Source: Octopus vulgaris
Taxonomy: Eukaryota
DNA length: 64,000 nucleotides
NCBI GenBank assembly: GCA_951406725.2
Contig: OX597843.1
Location: forward strand, 5,456,001 to 5,520,000
Direction of reading: 5' to 3'
Each line of letters opens with the position of its first letter. Positions within the stretch are counted from its first letter, which is position 1. Position numbers and translations under genes: made by a program. The notes under the pieces were generated by a model that searched no databases, was not told where the DNA came from, and saw only the letters and a program-made list of their open reading frames with translations. Of the stretch, positions 37,894 to 51,980 are shown one piece after another.

Positions 37894-38972
37894 AACATAC
37901 ACACCCTTACACGCGTGTGTACACGCAAGCTAGAGGAGAATCACTACACGGCCAATCCGTTTGCTAGAAATAACAGTCAAATCTCCCTCACTGTCAAAAA
38001 AATAGACATAAAGAGAAATGTATGTCTGAAATAAGACAGGGTGGTCACGAATGGGACACCTTCTGATTGTGATCCAAGTTCTGACCTGAAACTAAAGACG
38101 GTGATCCGTAATTTGATGAGCATTAGGCTGTTATTTCTAGCAGACGGAATAGCTGTTAATTGGCCCTCGCCCTTCGGCTTGCGTGTGAACACACGTGTAG
38201 AAGTATGTATGTATATAAAATATATACATACATGCACATATATATATATATATATATATATACTCGTACGTACATATATATCTGGTAACAAGGCATTATA
38301 TATAATTTACATATATGCGTGTATATATATTTATATATATATATACACACATGTATACAAATATATATATATTTAATACAATCACGCATATACACCAAAA
38401 CACACAGATAAAGATGTATAATAATAAATATACGTGTATATATATATATATATATACACGTAAATTTATTATTATACATCTTCATCTACTATATATATAT
38501 ATACAGAGGAGTAGGTTGAGTTAGTCTATAAGAGTGGTGTGTGTAATATACATACATACATACATTCATATTTATATATATATATATATTACACACGCCA
38601 CTCTTATAGACTAACTCAACCTCCTCCTCTGTATATATATATATATACATACATATATATATATATATGCGTGTGTGCGCTCGCGCGTATGTATTTAAAT
38701 ATACTTATATTTGTGTGTATATATATATATATATATATATACATATATACATACATACATATATATATATGTATGTATATATATATATATACATAAATAT
38801 ATATGTATATGTATGCATATATATATATATATATATATACGTATATAGATGCGCGTGTATATTTAAATATACTTATGTTTGTGTATATATATATATTTTG
38901 TGTGTAGGTAAAGAGAGAGAGAGGGAGGCAAGGCTGTGCGAGGGAGGGAGAGGGGGTGGTTCTTAATAGGGC

Positions 38973-39006
<34 letters not shown>

Positions 39007-40551
39007 TTAAATTGAAGGCTGTATGTCTGTGCGTCGACAAGTGTGTCGTTCTCTGAATTCACATCAAACTGGCGGACAGCATCACCACCGCACTGCTCCT
39101 CCTCGACAAACATCTCCAGCAACGTAAGTGATGTTGTGGCTTTCATTACATCTCACCCCCCCCCCGCACGGCTATCTTTCCCGCCTTTTTTTTCTCTCTG
39201 TCTCTCTCTCTCTCTCGCGCTTCCCTCTGCTTCACACACACACACACGCATACACGCCTCTTCCTCCTCCTCTCTTTTTCTCTTGCTTGTTACCCCCTCT
39301 CTCATACGCTATTACTCTTTCTAGATTTTACACACGTTCCCTCTCTTTTATCTCTATGCTTCTTTCTCTCCTCTACGTCCTCTTACCCTCCCTCTCTTTT
39401 AGCCACCTTTCGTTTTTTCTCTCTCCTTGTTCCTCTCTTTCTTTTTTCTCGCTATTTAATCCCTGTCTTTCTGTCTTTCCCTCTTTGTTCCTCTCTCACT
39501 TTCCTATATCTTTCACAATATCTCTCTGCTTGTTACCCCTCTCTCATACGCTTTTACTCTTTCTAGTTCACGCCACATTCCCTCTCTTTTATCTCTATGC
39601 TTCTCTCACTCCTCTACGTCCTCTTACCCTCCCTCTCTTTTAGCCACCTTTCGTTTTTTCTCTCTCCTTGTTCCTCTCTTTCTTTTTTTCTCGCTTTTTA
39701 ATCCCTGTCTTTCTCTCTGTCCCTCTTTGTTCCTCTCTCACTTTCCTATATCTTTCACAATATCTCTCTCTCACACACTTCTTTTTTCTTTCTCTCTCTC
39801 TCTCCTGTTTCACCCTCCCCTTACTCCCCAACAAAACACAGAGGCAGCCACTACGTAGACACCCCGTTTGCTAGAAACAACAACCACACTTTTCTTATTA
39901 AGCAATCACAAAAACCGGTACAACACAATGTGTAGTCCTAGATTCACTATGCCTAGATAGTCACGACTGGATCGCTCGTGATCGTGTGTTTGCCTGATCA
40001 GCCCTGACCTGTGGTCAAAAAATATGTACACGAGGGGGAGTCTATGTTGGCGCACTGCCTGCTAGAAAGAGCAGCTAAATGTCCTTCGAACTGCAACATA
40101 CAAGGGATAGTGCATATTTAGATGTATGAAAAAAAAAAGGAAGGATGGCCATAGCTGGAATGACTTTGATCAGAGGCCTTCTGAACTGGAATAAAACAGC
40201 TTGTATGCATAAACAATGAATGGGTTGTGTGGTTGCTCGATCTGGTAGAAATAGTAGCCAAATCTTCCACAAATCAGACCCTGGTGTCTCGTGTATGTAA
40301 ATGTGTATTAGCCGACGAGGGAGACCCTTACATAGCAGCTACATATTTTGGAAATAGCAGCCAACTCCCTCAGATCACCCGCTGACGTATTTATGTACGT
40401 CTGAACCAATGAATGAGACCTCTACATGGTAGGTAGACTTAGTAGAAATAGTAGCCAAACCTCAAATCACACCCTAGTGTCTGGTACTACTAGCGAACAG
40501 TGTAGTACCCTACTGTCTCATGTATGTATGTATGTATAAAAGTTAGAACCA

Positions 40552-40945
40552 GTGAATAAGACCCCTACATGGTGACTAGACTTCTTCGAAATAGCAGCCA
40601 AATCACGCTCATCACACCCTAATGTCTTATGTTTGTATGAGTCGATGAATAAGACCCCTACATGGTGACTAGACTTCTTCGAAATAGCAGCCAAATCACG
40701 CTCATCACACCCTAATGTCTTATGTTTGTATGAGTCGATGAATAAGACCCCTACATGGTGACTAGACTTGTTCGAAATAGCAGCCAAACCACGCTCATCG
40801 CACCCTAATGCATTATGTTTGTATGAGTCGATGAATAAGACCCCTACATGGTGACTAGACTTGTTCGAAATAGCAGCCAAATCACGCTCATCGCACCCTA
40901 ATGCCTTATGTTTGTATGAGTCGATGAATAAGACCCCTACATGGT
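40552..40945 (+). repeat. 93-bp tandem repeat, about 4 copies
   Basis: ATGAATAAGACCCCTACATGGTGACTAGAC unit at about 40552, 40645, 40738, 40831, partial at 40924. Confidence 0.9.
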
Positions 40946-42111
40946 AACAAGTGCTCGTACAAATAGCTGCCAAGTTTCTGGCAAATTTCTATAAAAGTGA
41001 GCCATGACAACGTTTAATAATATAGTCTAGGTCACTACAGTTATGTCTGAAAGGGAGGAAAAGCGAAGGGGCTGGTGTTAAAACAGTAAGGGCTTGTACT
41101 ATGTATCACATTGTTGCACGCATGGATTCAAACTTGCCCTATCGCGCACCCTACACCCTTTCTCTTTCCCCACACACGCATATTACACATATATATAAAT
41201 AATAAATAATATATATATTTATACCATTTCTTCCTAACATATAGGTAGATAGATAAATAGATAGACAGACAGATAGATAGATAGACAGGTAGATAGATAG
41301 ATAGATAGATGGAGAGAGACAGACAGATAGATAGGTAGATAGGTAGGTAGAAAGATAGATAGATACCACACTTATAATTGGTTTCGGTATAACTACTGGT
41401 TCGTATATTAATTTTGTTCTTGTGATAATATTTTCAATACATATACAAATATGGTTTTGCATTTATCGATTTTACAAATGGATTTAGCTAAGTAGCTAAT
41501 CTCCGTATATTTATTACACTCGAATAAATTACTAATATTTGTGTGTGTATGTGTATATATATACGGAATCTTAATTATATATATATATTGCTGATTACCT
41601 TAAAATTTTGTTTTAGAATTTAATAAAACATGTAGCTTGTCTTAAAAGATTCTACAGTAGTTTTCGAAGCCATCAAATTGCGAAGTCGTTGATTATTTTT
41701 AAAAATTAAAAATTATATTTTTACTTTTAATAATTGGGAATTCGTCGAGAGACGTCACTGTGCAATCTGCCCATATTATTTAATATCAACATCTATATTT
41801 ATTATTTAGAGATATATTATAATTAATATATTTAATATATATATATATATATATATAACATACATAATATATAAATATATATATATAATTAATATCTTAA
41901 TATCAATTATGATGTGGATAATGGCTACGAAGTTATACCAAGTGCGTGATTAATTATAAGCAACAAAATAACCTTCTAACTATTCAATAAATGTTAGGCT
42001 TTGCACTTGTATTGAGTCCTTTAACTACCCACATATCATTGTTAAGTCTCTGGAGTATAAAAATATTGATTCTTTTTTTTAAACAATTATGTATATATAT
42101 ATATGTGTGTG

Positions 42112-42175
<64 letters not shown>

Positions 42176-43784
42176 TTAATATCTATATATGTGTGTGTTT
42201 ATTAATAAATATATTTATATTTAAGTGTGTGTGTGTGTGTGTGTGTGTGTATACATGTATCAAATACTTATATACGTATATAGAACACAGCACATATTCG
42301 CATTTTGTGTTGGTATTTTATAGATTTCTTTAATTTCCGTTCCAGCTTTTCTACAGACCTTCGTCATAAGTGTTAACTAATTTAATTAATTTTTAGAGTT
42401 TCTCATTGAGTGAGCTTGCACGTGATAAAGGTTCGTTATGTTTTAATTTTTGCCTTTTTTTTTTTAATTAGAAATAAATATCTTTAATTAAATTAAGGAA
42501 TTGCGTATGTGTGTGTCTGTGTGAAACACGTGTGTGTTGCCGGTACACATATATACAGATATATATATATTTTATATATATATATATGAAGTTGCAGTAC
42601 TACTAATATAGTAGTAGCACCCGAAATATATATGTACGTGCGTATGTTTCAATCGGTTGAAATCACATTTGCTTCCCAACAGCATTGTTCTGGGTTCAGT
42701 CCCACTGCACGGCACCTTGGACAAGTGTTTTCTACTACGACCCCTGGCGAGACCAAAGACCTGTGAGTGGATTTTGTTTCAGTCATTTGACTGTGGCCAT
42801 GCTGGAGCACCGCCTTTAGTCGAGCAAATCAACCCCGGCACTTATTCTTCGTAAGCCTAGTACTTATTCTATCGGTCCTTTTTTGCCGAACCGTTAAGTT
42901 ACGGGGACATAAACACACCAGCATCGGTTGTCAAGTGATGTTGGTGGGGGGGGACAAATACAGACACACAAACATACACACACACACAAACACATATATA
43001 CATATATACGACGGGCTTCTTTCAGTTTCCGTCTACCAAGTCCACTCACAAGGCTTTGGTCGGCCCGAGGCTATAGTAGAAGACACATGCCCAAGGTGTC
43101 ATGCAGTAGGACGGAACCCGGAACCATGTGGTTCATAAGCAAGCTATTTACCACACAGCCACTCCTACGCTTAGCAACATTTCATCCACCTTTATGTCCT
43201 GAGTTCAAATTCCGCTGAGGTAGACTTTGCCTTTCATCCTTTCAGAGTTGATAAAAATAGGCACCGGTTGAACACTAGGGGGTTGACTTAATCGATTCAT
43301 CCCCTCCCACAAAACCACTGCCCTTGTGGCAAAATTTGAAACATCATCATCGTTTAGCGTCCGCTTTACATGCTGGCATGGGTTGGACGGTGCAGCTGGG
43401 GTCTGGGAAGCCAGGAGGCTGCACCAGGCTCCAGTCTGATCTGGCAATGTTTCTACGACTGGATGCCCTTCCTAACGCCAACCACTCTGTGAGTGTAGTG
43501 GATGCTTTTTACGTGCCAGACGAGGCTGGCAAACGGCCATGATCGGATGGTGCTTTGTACGTGCCATCGGCACGGAAGCCGGTCGGGGTGGCGCTGGCAA
43601 GGGCCACATTCGGATGGTTCTCTTATGTGACACCAGCACTGGTATCACAGCTACAATTTCCATTGATGTTGATCGATTTTGATTTTGATTTTGATTTTAT
43701 TATTATTGTTGTTATTATTATTATTATTGTTATTATTATTGTTGTTGTCTTTTTTCTGTAGACGCTGTGGAAACTGAACAGGAA

Positions 43785-44634
43785 ATGGGTCGAAATAAAA
43801 CGGAATCTGAAAATGAGAATAGTCAAAGCAAGGCAGGGAAAGCCGTCGACAAGGATGCATCTTCGAATTCCCCGACCAAGTCCGACGTGACAAAACCTGT
43901 AGAGAACGGTAAAAATTCCTTGTCGAAGAAGAAGGACGGGGAAGAAGTGGAGAAAAGCTCTCCTTCCACAGACGTCCAAACCGCGGATAAATCAGACCAG
44001 GAAAGCTCCAGTGCGCCGGTTGAAGGAGAGGACGAAGTTGAAGGAGAGGACGAAGCGACCACAGACACGAATGAAAAGCAGAAAGAAAACCCTGAGGCAC
44101 AAGTGGAAGCTTCACAGCAGACAGCGCCAGCTATGATTGTACCTCAAGTTGTAGTTAAGAGGGGCCGTGGTCGTCCCAGGAAAAACCCATGCAAAATTGA
44201 GTCACCAAAACCGAAACGAGGTCGTGGCCGACCCCCAAAGAGCCTCTCACAGAAAGCAGCCCCTGGTACTGCACCCGGGCTTTCGTCCTTGTCTGCTGCC
44301 GAGAGGAGTAAGATTGTCAGCGAGCAGATGTCTGAGATAACCGTGAAGAACGAGGCTTTTACCGATTGCGAAGAGAACGACGAATACCAGAAAGTGAATC
44401 ATGGCCATTCTACGGTGAACGGAGACATGGCGGCGCGGAGCAAGAGCCGCAGCTTGCCGTTCAGGAAATCTAAAAGACGATCAATACCAAGAATTAATCT
44501 GGAAGACTTTGAAGACGATAGTGAGGAAGAACCTGTTCGAAAGAAACGGTCAACAAAGCCAAAGAAATTCCCGCCCAGTGGACCACGACTGAAAATTACT
44601 CCACCATCTGCTTCGAAAAAACTCCGAGAGACAG
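43785..44634 (+). CDS. AT-hook/NECAB-like gene: large coding exon with two AT-hooks
   Basis: Acceptor TTCTGTAG at 43761, first in-frame ATG at 43785; KRGRGRPRK and KRGRGRPPK AT-hooks; basic NLS-like stretches; donor G|GTGAG. Confidence 0.85.
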
Positions 44635-44729
44635 GTGAGATGTAAATTTTTAATAATTAAACATTTTACTTTATTCTCATTTAACGGTATTTTCCGATGT
44701 TGTTATTATTATTATTATTATTTACTTTA

Positions 44730-44865
44730 TTTACATTTGATGGATATTTGTCCTCATCTTGTTTGTTGTTAATACTTAACATTTCGGCTGATATACCCTC
44801 CAGCCTTCATCAGGTGTCTTGGGGAAATTTAGAACCTGGGTTCTCATTCCTAAGGTATTTTTCGA

Positions 44866-44870
<5 letters not shown>
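44730..44870 (-). mobile_element. Penelope-like terminal repeat fragment with minimal hammerhead motif (second copy 45347-45490)
   Basis: Minus strand GACAC-CTGATGA-AGGCTG-loop-CAGCC-GAAA; copy 2 has CTGAAGA; both sit in (TAA)n tracts. Confidence 0.7.
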
Positions 44871-44905
<35 letters not shown>

Positions 44906-45501
44906 GAGTGAGCGAGCAGTGCATGCCATCAAAGTGACACTGGGGTCAAATATACGAAGCCCAGTATACCCATCATGACTACCCGTCTGATAAGGGTACA
45001 CCAGGCTCTTGCATCACAACCATATGTGCGCGACATGGTGATCTCATATCAAGATAAACAGCACATGACCTTGCAGGTGGGGCCCAGTTAGAATTTTCTT
45101 CGGATCGAGTAACCCATCCCGCTCAAAAAGAGCCCTGAATAAGGGTTGTTTAAGGACGTTGAACGAAACACCCATGTTTCCAGAGGTGAATTATTCAAAC
45201 CCCAAAGAATCCCTCTCAACACATGGCTATGATGCTCCCCCACTACTTCTGCTCATGATCAGAGATGCACATATCGTCAGCCACTAAGGGACATGCTCAA
45301 CTGGTTAAGGTCAAACAACTGACAATTATTATTATTATTATTTACTTTATTTACATTTGACGGATATTTGTCCTCATCTTGTTTGTTGTTAACACTTAAC
45401 ATTTCGGCTGATATACCCTCCAGCCTTCTTCAGGTGTCTTGGGGAAATTTAGAACCCGGGTTCTCATTCCTAAGGTATTTTTTGATGTTGTTATTATTAT
45501 T

Positions 45502-45534
<33 letters not shown>

Positions 45535-45599
45535 CAGGTCACTGCTTGGAATCAAACTCCGAATCTTGGGGTTAGTAGCCTGCGCTCTTAACCCCAAAA

Positions 45600-45880
45600 T
45601 TTGGAGTTCGATTAGGGAGCAAATATCTAAGAAAAAGTGGGAGTGGATTGGTAGCACAATTAGAAAACACACACCAAATGTAGCGAAAAGTGCTTTAAAG
45701 TGGAAACCGGTTGGATATAGAAAGAGAGGTAGGCCTAAGAACTCGTGGTGGAGATCAACATAAAAGGAACTAGAGAAAGGGGGACATTCATGGCAGAGTA
45801 TAAGTACAGAAGCGAAAAATTATACGACATGGAATTCAACTATAAGTGGCCTACACTCCGTGTTGGAGGGCTAAAGGCAG
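45600..45880 (+). mobile_element. RTE-clade LINE 3' fragment
   Basis: KKWEWIGSTIRK...ALKWKPVGYRKRGRPKNSW, followed by an in-frame stop. Confidence 0.75.
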
Positions 45881-46035
45881 AAAGAAAGAATATACGACAC
45901 TGGCATCGGCCATAACTTTGACTATGATCTTACTTATTAGCATAAATTTCATTAATTGCTAATTAGCAATTTATTATGATTGTTGTGTTTCTTGATTATG
46001 CGATTACCTTTATATGTCGTCTCATTTTATTTCAG

Positions 46036-46097
46036 AGCAACACCTAACGGCTCAGGTCGATCGTCTTGCATCCCTTGTGGACCGACTGGAAAACAGG
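46036..46097 (+). CDS. AT-hook/NECAB-like gene exon (coiled coil)
   Basis: TTTCAG|AG CAA...AGG|GTCAGT gives EQHLTAQVDRLASLVDRLENR, resembling the NECAB QINRLQKLIDRLE helix. Confidence 0.8.
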
Positions 46098-46862
46098 GTC
46101 AGTATTTATACATACATTGTGTGGGTGGGTCATCATCATCATTGTTTAACGTCCGCTTTCCATGCTAGCATGGGTTGGATGGTTTGACTGAGGACTGGCG
46201 AGCCAGATGGCCGCACCAGGCTCCAATCTTGATCTGGCAGAGTTTCTACAGCTGGATGCCCTTCCTAACGCCAACCACTCCGAGAGTGTAGAGGGTGCTT
46301 TTTATTTGCCACTAACACAAGAGCCAGTCAGGCGCTACTGGCAACAACCTCGCTCGAATCTTTTTACACATGCCACCGGCACTGGTGCCAGTAAGGCGAT
46401 GCTGGTAACGATCCCGCTTGAATGGTGCCCTTTTACGTGCAACCGGCACGGAAATCAGTTAGCCGCTCTGGCAACGATCACGCTCGGATGGTGCTCTTAG
46501 CACCCTACTAGCACGGGGCTCAAGCACCAGTAAGGCGATGCTGGTAATGATCACGCTCGGATGGTGCCCTTTTACGTGCTACGGCATGGGGGCCAGTCAG
46601 GCGGTGCTGGCAACGACCTCGCTCGAATCTTTTTATACATGCCACCGGCACAGGAGCCAGTAAGGCGATGCTGGTAACGATCACGCTCGAATGGTGCCCT
46701 TTTATGTGCCACCAGCAAGAAAGCCAGTTTGCCGCTCTGGCCGCTCTGGCTGGGTGTGTTTTGATATTGGGTCCTTCTTCAATTCTCCCCTCTTTTTTTT
46801 TGCACCCTCACCCCTGTTCAAACGTAGTTCCTTGCTCACTTTCTCAGCATACCAGACACTTT

Positions 46863-48468
46863 GACCTATGATCAAAGATGTTCCAGCTGGTGACCATCCT
46901 GCTTTTCATTCAGGCATAGTGTATCTAGGACTACATTATCTAATGTGTCCTTCTTTGTCTTGTTGTTTAGCCCCAGGTCAGTCCTGATCCAGTAGACTGA
47001 TAATCAAAGATGTTCCAGCTGTGACCATCCTGTCTTTTATTCTGGCATAGTGTATCTAGGACTACATTATCTAATGTGACATTCCTTGTCAGTCTTAGTG
47101 GTAAGTCCTGAACCAGGCTGTGTGTTTATGTAACTTAGTGGTTTGTCCTGTCTTTTATTCAGGCATAGTGTATCTAGGACTACATTATCTAATGTGTCCT
47201 TCTTTCTTTTTGTTGTTTAGCCCCAGGTCAGTCCTGATCCAGTAGACTGATAATCAAAGATGTTCCAGCTGTGACCATCCTGTCTTTTATTCTGGCATAG
47301 TGTATCTAGGACTACATTATCTAATGTGTCCTTCCTTGTTGTTTAGCCCCAGGTCAGTCCTGATCCAGGCAGACCTATGAACAAAGATGTTCCAGCTGTG
47401 ACCATCCTGTCTTTTATTCAGGCATAGTGTATCTAGGACTACATTATCTAATGTGTCCTTCCTTGTTGTTTAGCCCAGGTCAGTCCTGATCCAGCAGACC
47501 TATGATCAAAGATGTTCCAGCTGTGACCATCCAGTCTTTTATTCAGGCATAGTGTATCTAGGACTACATTATCTAATGTGCCCTCCCTTGTTGTTTAGCC
47601 CCAGGTCAGATCTGATCCAACAGAACCTATGATCAAAGCTGTTCCAGCTGTGACAACCTGTCTTTTATTCAAGGCATAGTGTATCTAGGACTACATTATC
47701 TAATGTGTCCTTCCTTGTTGTTTAGCCCCAGGTCAGTCCTGATCCAGCAGACCTATGATCAAAGATGTTCCAGCTGTGACCATCCTGTCTTTTATTAAGG
47801 CATAGTGTATCTAGGACTACATTATCTAATGTGTCCTTTCTTGTGTTGTTGTTTAGCCCCAGGTCAGTCCTGATCCAGCAGACCTATGATCAAAGCTGTT
47901 CCAGCTGTGACCATCCTGTCTTTTATTCAGGCATAGTGTATCTAGGACTACATTATCTAATGTGTCCTTCCTTGTTGTTTAGCCCCAGGTCAGTCCTGAT
48001 TCAGCAGACCTATGATCAAAGATGTTCCAGCTGTGACCATCCTGTCTTTTATTCAGGCATAGTGTATCTAGGACTACATTATCTAATGTGTTCTTCCTTG
48101 TTGTTTAGCCCCAGGTCAGTCCTGATTCAGCAGAACCTCTGATCAAAGATGTTCCAGCTGTGACCATCCCGTCTTTTATTTAGGCATAGTGTACCTAGGA
48201 CTACATTATCTAATGTGTCCTTCCTTGTTGTTTAGCCCCAGGTCAGTCGTGATCCTGACAGACCTATGATCAAAGATGTTCCAGCTGTGACCATCCTGTC
48301 TTTTATTCAGGCATAGTGTACCTAGGACTACATTATCTAATGTGTCCTTTCTTGTTGTTTAGCCCCAGGTCAGTCCTGATCCAGTCAAACCTATGATCAA
48401 AGATGTTCCAGCTGTGGCCATCCTGTCTTTTATTAAGGCATAGTGTACCTAGGACTACATTATCTAAT
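46863..48468 (+). repeat. ~125-bp tandem repeat, about 12 copies
   Basis: GTTGTTTAGCCCCAGGTCAGTCCTGATCC...GGCATAGTGTATCTAGGACTACATTATCTAATGTG unit repeated; a diverged inverted relative lies at about 39925-40015. Confidence 0.9.
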
Positions 48469-48552
48469 TGGTTTTTCAGTATCGTTGTCTTTGTTCTTAG
48501 AATGTGTTTATTGATTGATTAATTAATTTTTAATTTAATTTTCTCATTGCAG

Positions 48553-48618
48553 ATCAATCTTGATGGTTTGGTGGATGAAGACACAGATATCGAAACGGAT
48601 TTAGAGGAGGATGTACAG
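48553..48618 (+). CDS. AT-hook/NECAB-like gene exon (acidic linker)
   Basis: TTGCAG|ATC...CAG|GTAAG gives INLDGLVDEDTDIETDLEEDVQ; phase 0 to phase 0. Confidence 0.8.
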
Positions 48619-49605
48619 GTAAGGTACCTGTGTGTGTGTGTGTGTATGAATATTTAGGTGTTTATATCCGATGCTGGTGTTTCGTTACTGGCACCCTTCA
48701 AACTTTGGGTCACACAGGGGCAGTGACAAGTGACCAAGACCTTTGGCGATATACTGCGCTTGAGAAGACATATTGAGCCAGGTGAGATCATAGTTGTGGT
48801 CAATGCCAGTGTTTCGTAACTGGCACCCATGCCATCAAAGTGACACTGGGGTAAAATGAAGCCCAATATACCCATCATGACTACCCGTCTGATAAGGGTA
48901 CACCAGGCACGTGCATCACAACCATATGTGCACGACATGGTGATCTCATATCAAGATAAACAGCGCATGACCTTGCAGGTGGGGCCCAGTTAGAATTTTC
49001 TTCTGGTCAAGTAGCTCATCCTGCTCGAAAGGTCCCTGAATAAGGGTTGTTTAAGGATGTTGAACGAAACACCCATGTTTCCAAAGGTGAATTATTCAAA
49101 CCCCAAAGAATCCCTCTCAACACACGGCTATGATGCTCCCCCACTACTTCTGCTCGTTATCAGAGATGCACATATCGTCAGCCACCAAGGGACATGCTCA
49201 ACTGGTTAAGGTCAAACAACTGACAAGCAAATCTGTGGTATTGAGCAGGATATTTGCTGTAGCCCATCTTTTATACCAAGACAAAACAATGTACATGATA
49301 ACACTTCCAATCAGTTAAGATCAGAAGCCATGAGAGCCACTGCCTGGTACTGCATCAGGGCATACTGCCTGTATTATTATTATTATTCTATGTTTGACTT
49401 TTGCTTTATATTTGTACAAGTTGGCTCCAAGTCTCACCCAGAGACCTCAAGAGGCAATAGGTTGGAAGTTCTTGTTGTTGTTATGCCTAGTGTGCCATAT
49501 ATTTGGGGGGGAGTTTTTGGTGTTGTACTAATGAATGTCTAAAAAAAAAAATATATTTAAAAAAACCGAAAATTATGTTTGTTTTAAACCTTGAGATTAC
49601 ATAGA

Positions 49606-49640
<35 letters not shown>

Positions 49641-50034
49641 TTGCTGTTCACTCAGCTGTAGAAATGAGTTGCGACGTCACTGGTGCCAAGCTGTATCGAC
49701 CTTTGTCTTTCCCTTGGATAACACTGGTGGCGTGGAGAGGGGAGGCTGGTATGCATGGGCGACTGCTGGTCTTCCATAAACAACCTTGCCCGGACTTGTG
49801 TCTAGGAGGGTAACTTTCTAGGTGCAATCCCATGGTCATTCATGACCGAAGGGGGTCTTTACCCTTCTATTACTTGCTGTGTTTTGTTGAAACGGTGGAT
49901 TTCATCAAAGATCAGAAGCCATGAGAGCCACTGCCTGGTACTGCATCGGGGCAATAATTGTTGTTGTTGTTGTTGTTGTTGTAGTTATTGTTGTTATTAT
50001 TATTATTATTATTATTTGTATCTTTGTCATTCAG

Positions 50035-50144
50035 GTTCTGCTGTTGCAAAGAAACTACAACGTGAAGAATGAACTAAAGCGAGACTTCAAAGACATCGTG
50101 AAGGGTTACATTGAGGAACTTGGTGCCGAAAGTGGATGCCTAAT
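50035..50144 (+). CDS. AT-hook/NECAB-like gene exon (start of ABM domain)
   Basis: TTCAG|GTT...AT|GTAAGT gives VLLLQRNYNVKNELKRDFKDIVKGYIEELGAESGCL. Confidence 0.85.
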
Positions 50145-50956
50145 GTAAGTATGGGGCCAAGACCCTTTTCATCACCCCTGGCCCCAATCTGATCTGGCAG
50201 CGTTTCTACAGCTGGATGCCCTTTCTGTCGCCAAACACTCTGAGATTGTAGTGGGTGCTTTTTACGTAGTAGAAGCCACATGCCCAAGGTGCCACGTAGT
50301 GGGACTGAACCCAGGACCATGTGGTTGGTACGCAAGCTATTTAACACACAGCCACCCATGCACCAATATATATATATATAAAGGCGGCGAGCTGGCAGAA
50401 ACGTTAGCACGCCGGACGAAATGCGTAACCGTATTTCGTCTGCCGTTACGTTCGGAGTTCAAATTCTGCCAAGGTCGACTTTGCCTTTCATCCTTCCGGG
50501 GTCGATAAATTAAGTACCAGTTACGCACTGGGGGTGTCGATGTAATAGACTTAATCCTTTTGTCTGTCCTTGTTTGTCCCCTCTGTGTTTAGCCCCTTGT
50601 GGGTAGTAAAGAAATATATATATATATATATGGCAGGCTTTCAGTTTCCATTTACCAAATCCACTCACAGAGCTTTGCTCAATCCCACTGCATGGCACCT
50701 TGGGCAAGTATCTCTTACTATAGCCTTGGGTTGACCAAAGCCTTGTCAGTGGATTTGGTGTGTGTATATATATATTTATATATATAATACGTGGATTTCT
50801 TTCATACAGTTTCTGCCTACCAAATTTTATTCTCATGGCATTGGTTGTCCTGTGGAGTTATAGTAGAAGAACTTGCCCAAGGTGCCATGTAGTGGGACTG
50901 AACCTGAAACCTGAAAAGCTCGCAGTGTGTGTGGTAGTTTAATTAATGATGGTGTA

Positions 50957-51882
<926 letters not shown>

Positions 51883-51902
51883 ATATTTCGGTATCATTAC
51901 AG

Positions 51903-51980
51903 CGCCAGTACCAGGTCTTACAAGAACTCCGGGAAATTTACAGTTTACGAGATATGGAATGCTGAGACAGATCAAATGAT
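51903..51980 (+). CDS. AT-hook/NECAB-like gene exon (ABM domain)
   Basis: TTACAG|C GCC...AT|GTGAG gives IASTRSYKNSGKFTVYEIWNAETDQM; the YE.W motif is typical of ABM domains. Confidence 0.85.

Noticed and set aside
36800-38970. Many YI/VC/HT-rich ORFs (also 4604-5418, 20381-22567, 51100-51821, 57283-58099)
   Set aside because: Translations of (TA)n/(CA)n microsatellites.
40518-40973. 151-aa ORF with 31-aa repeats
   Set aside because: 93-bp tandem repeat of non-coding sequence that also occurs diverged nearby; no splice or domain support.
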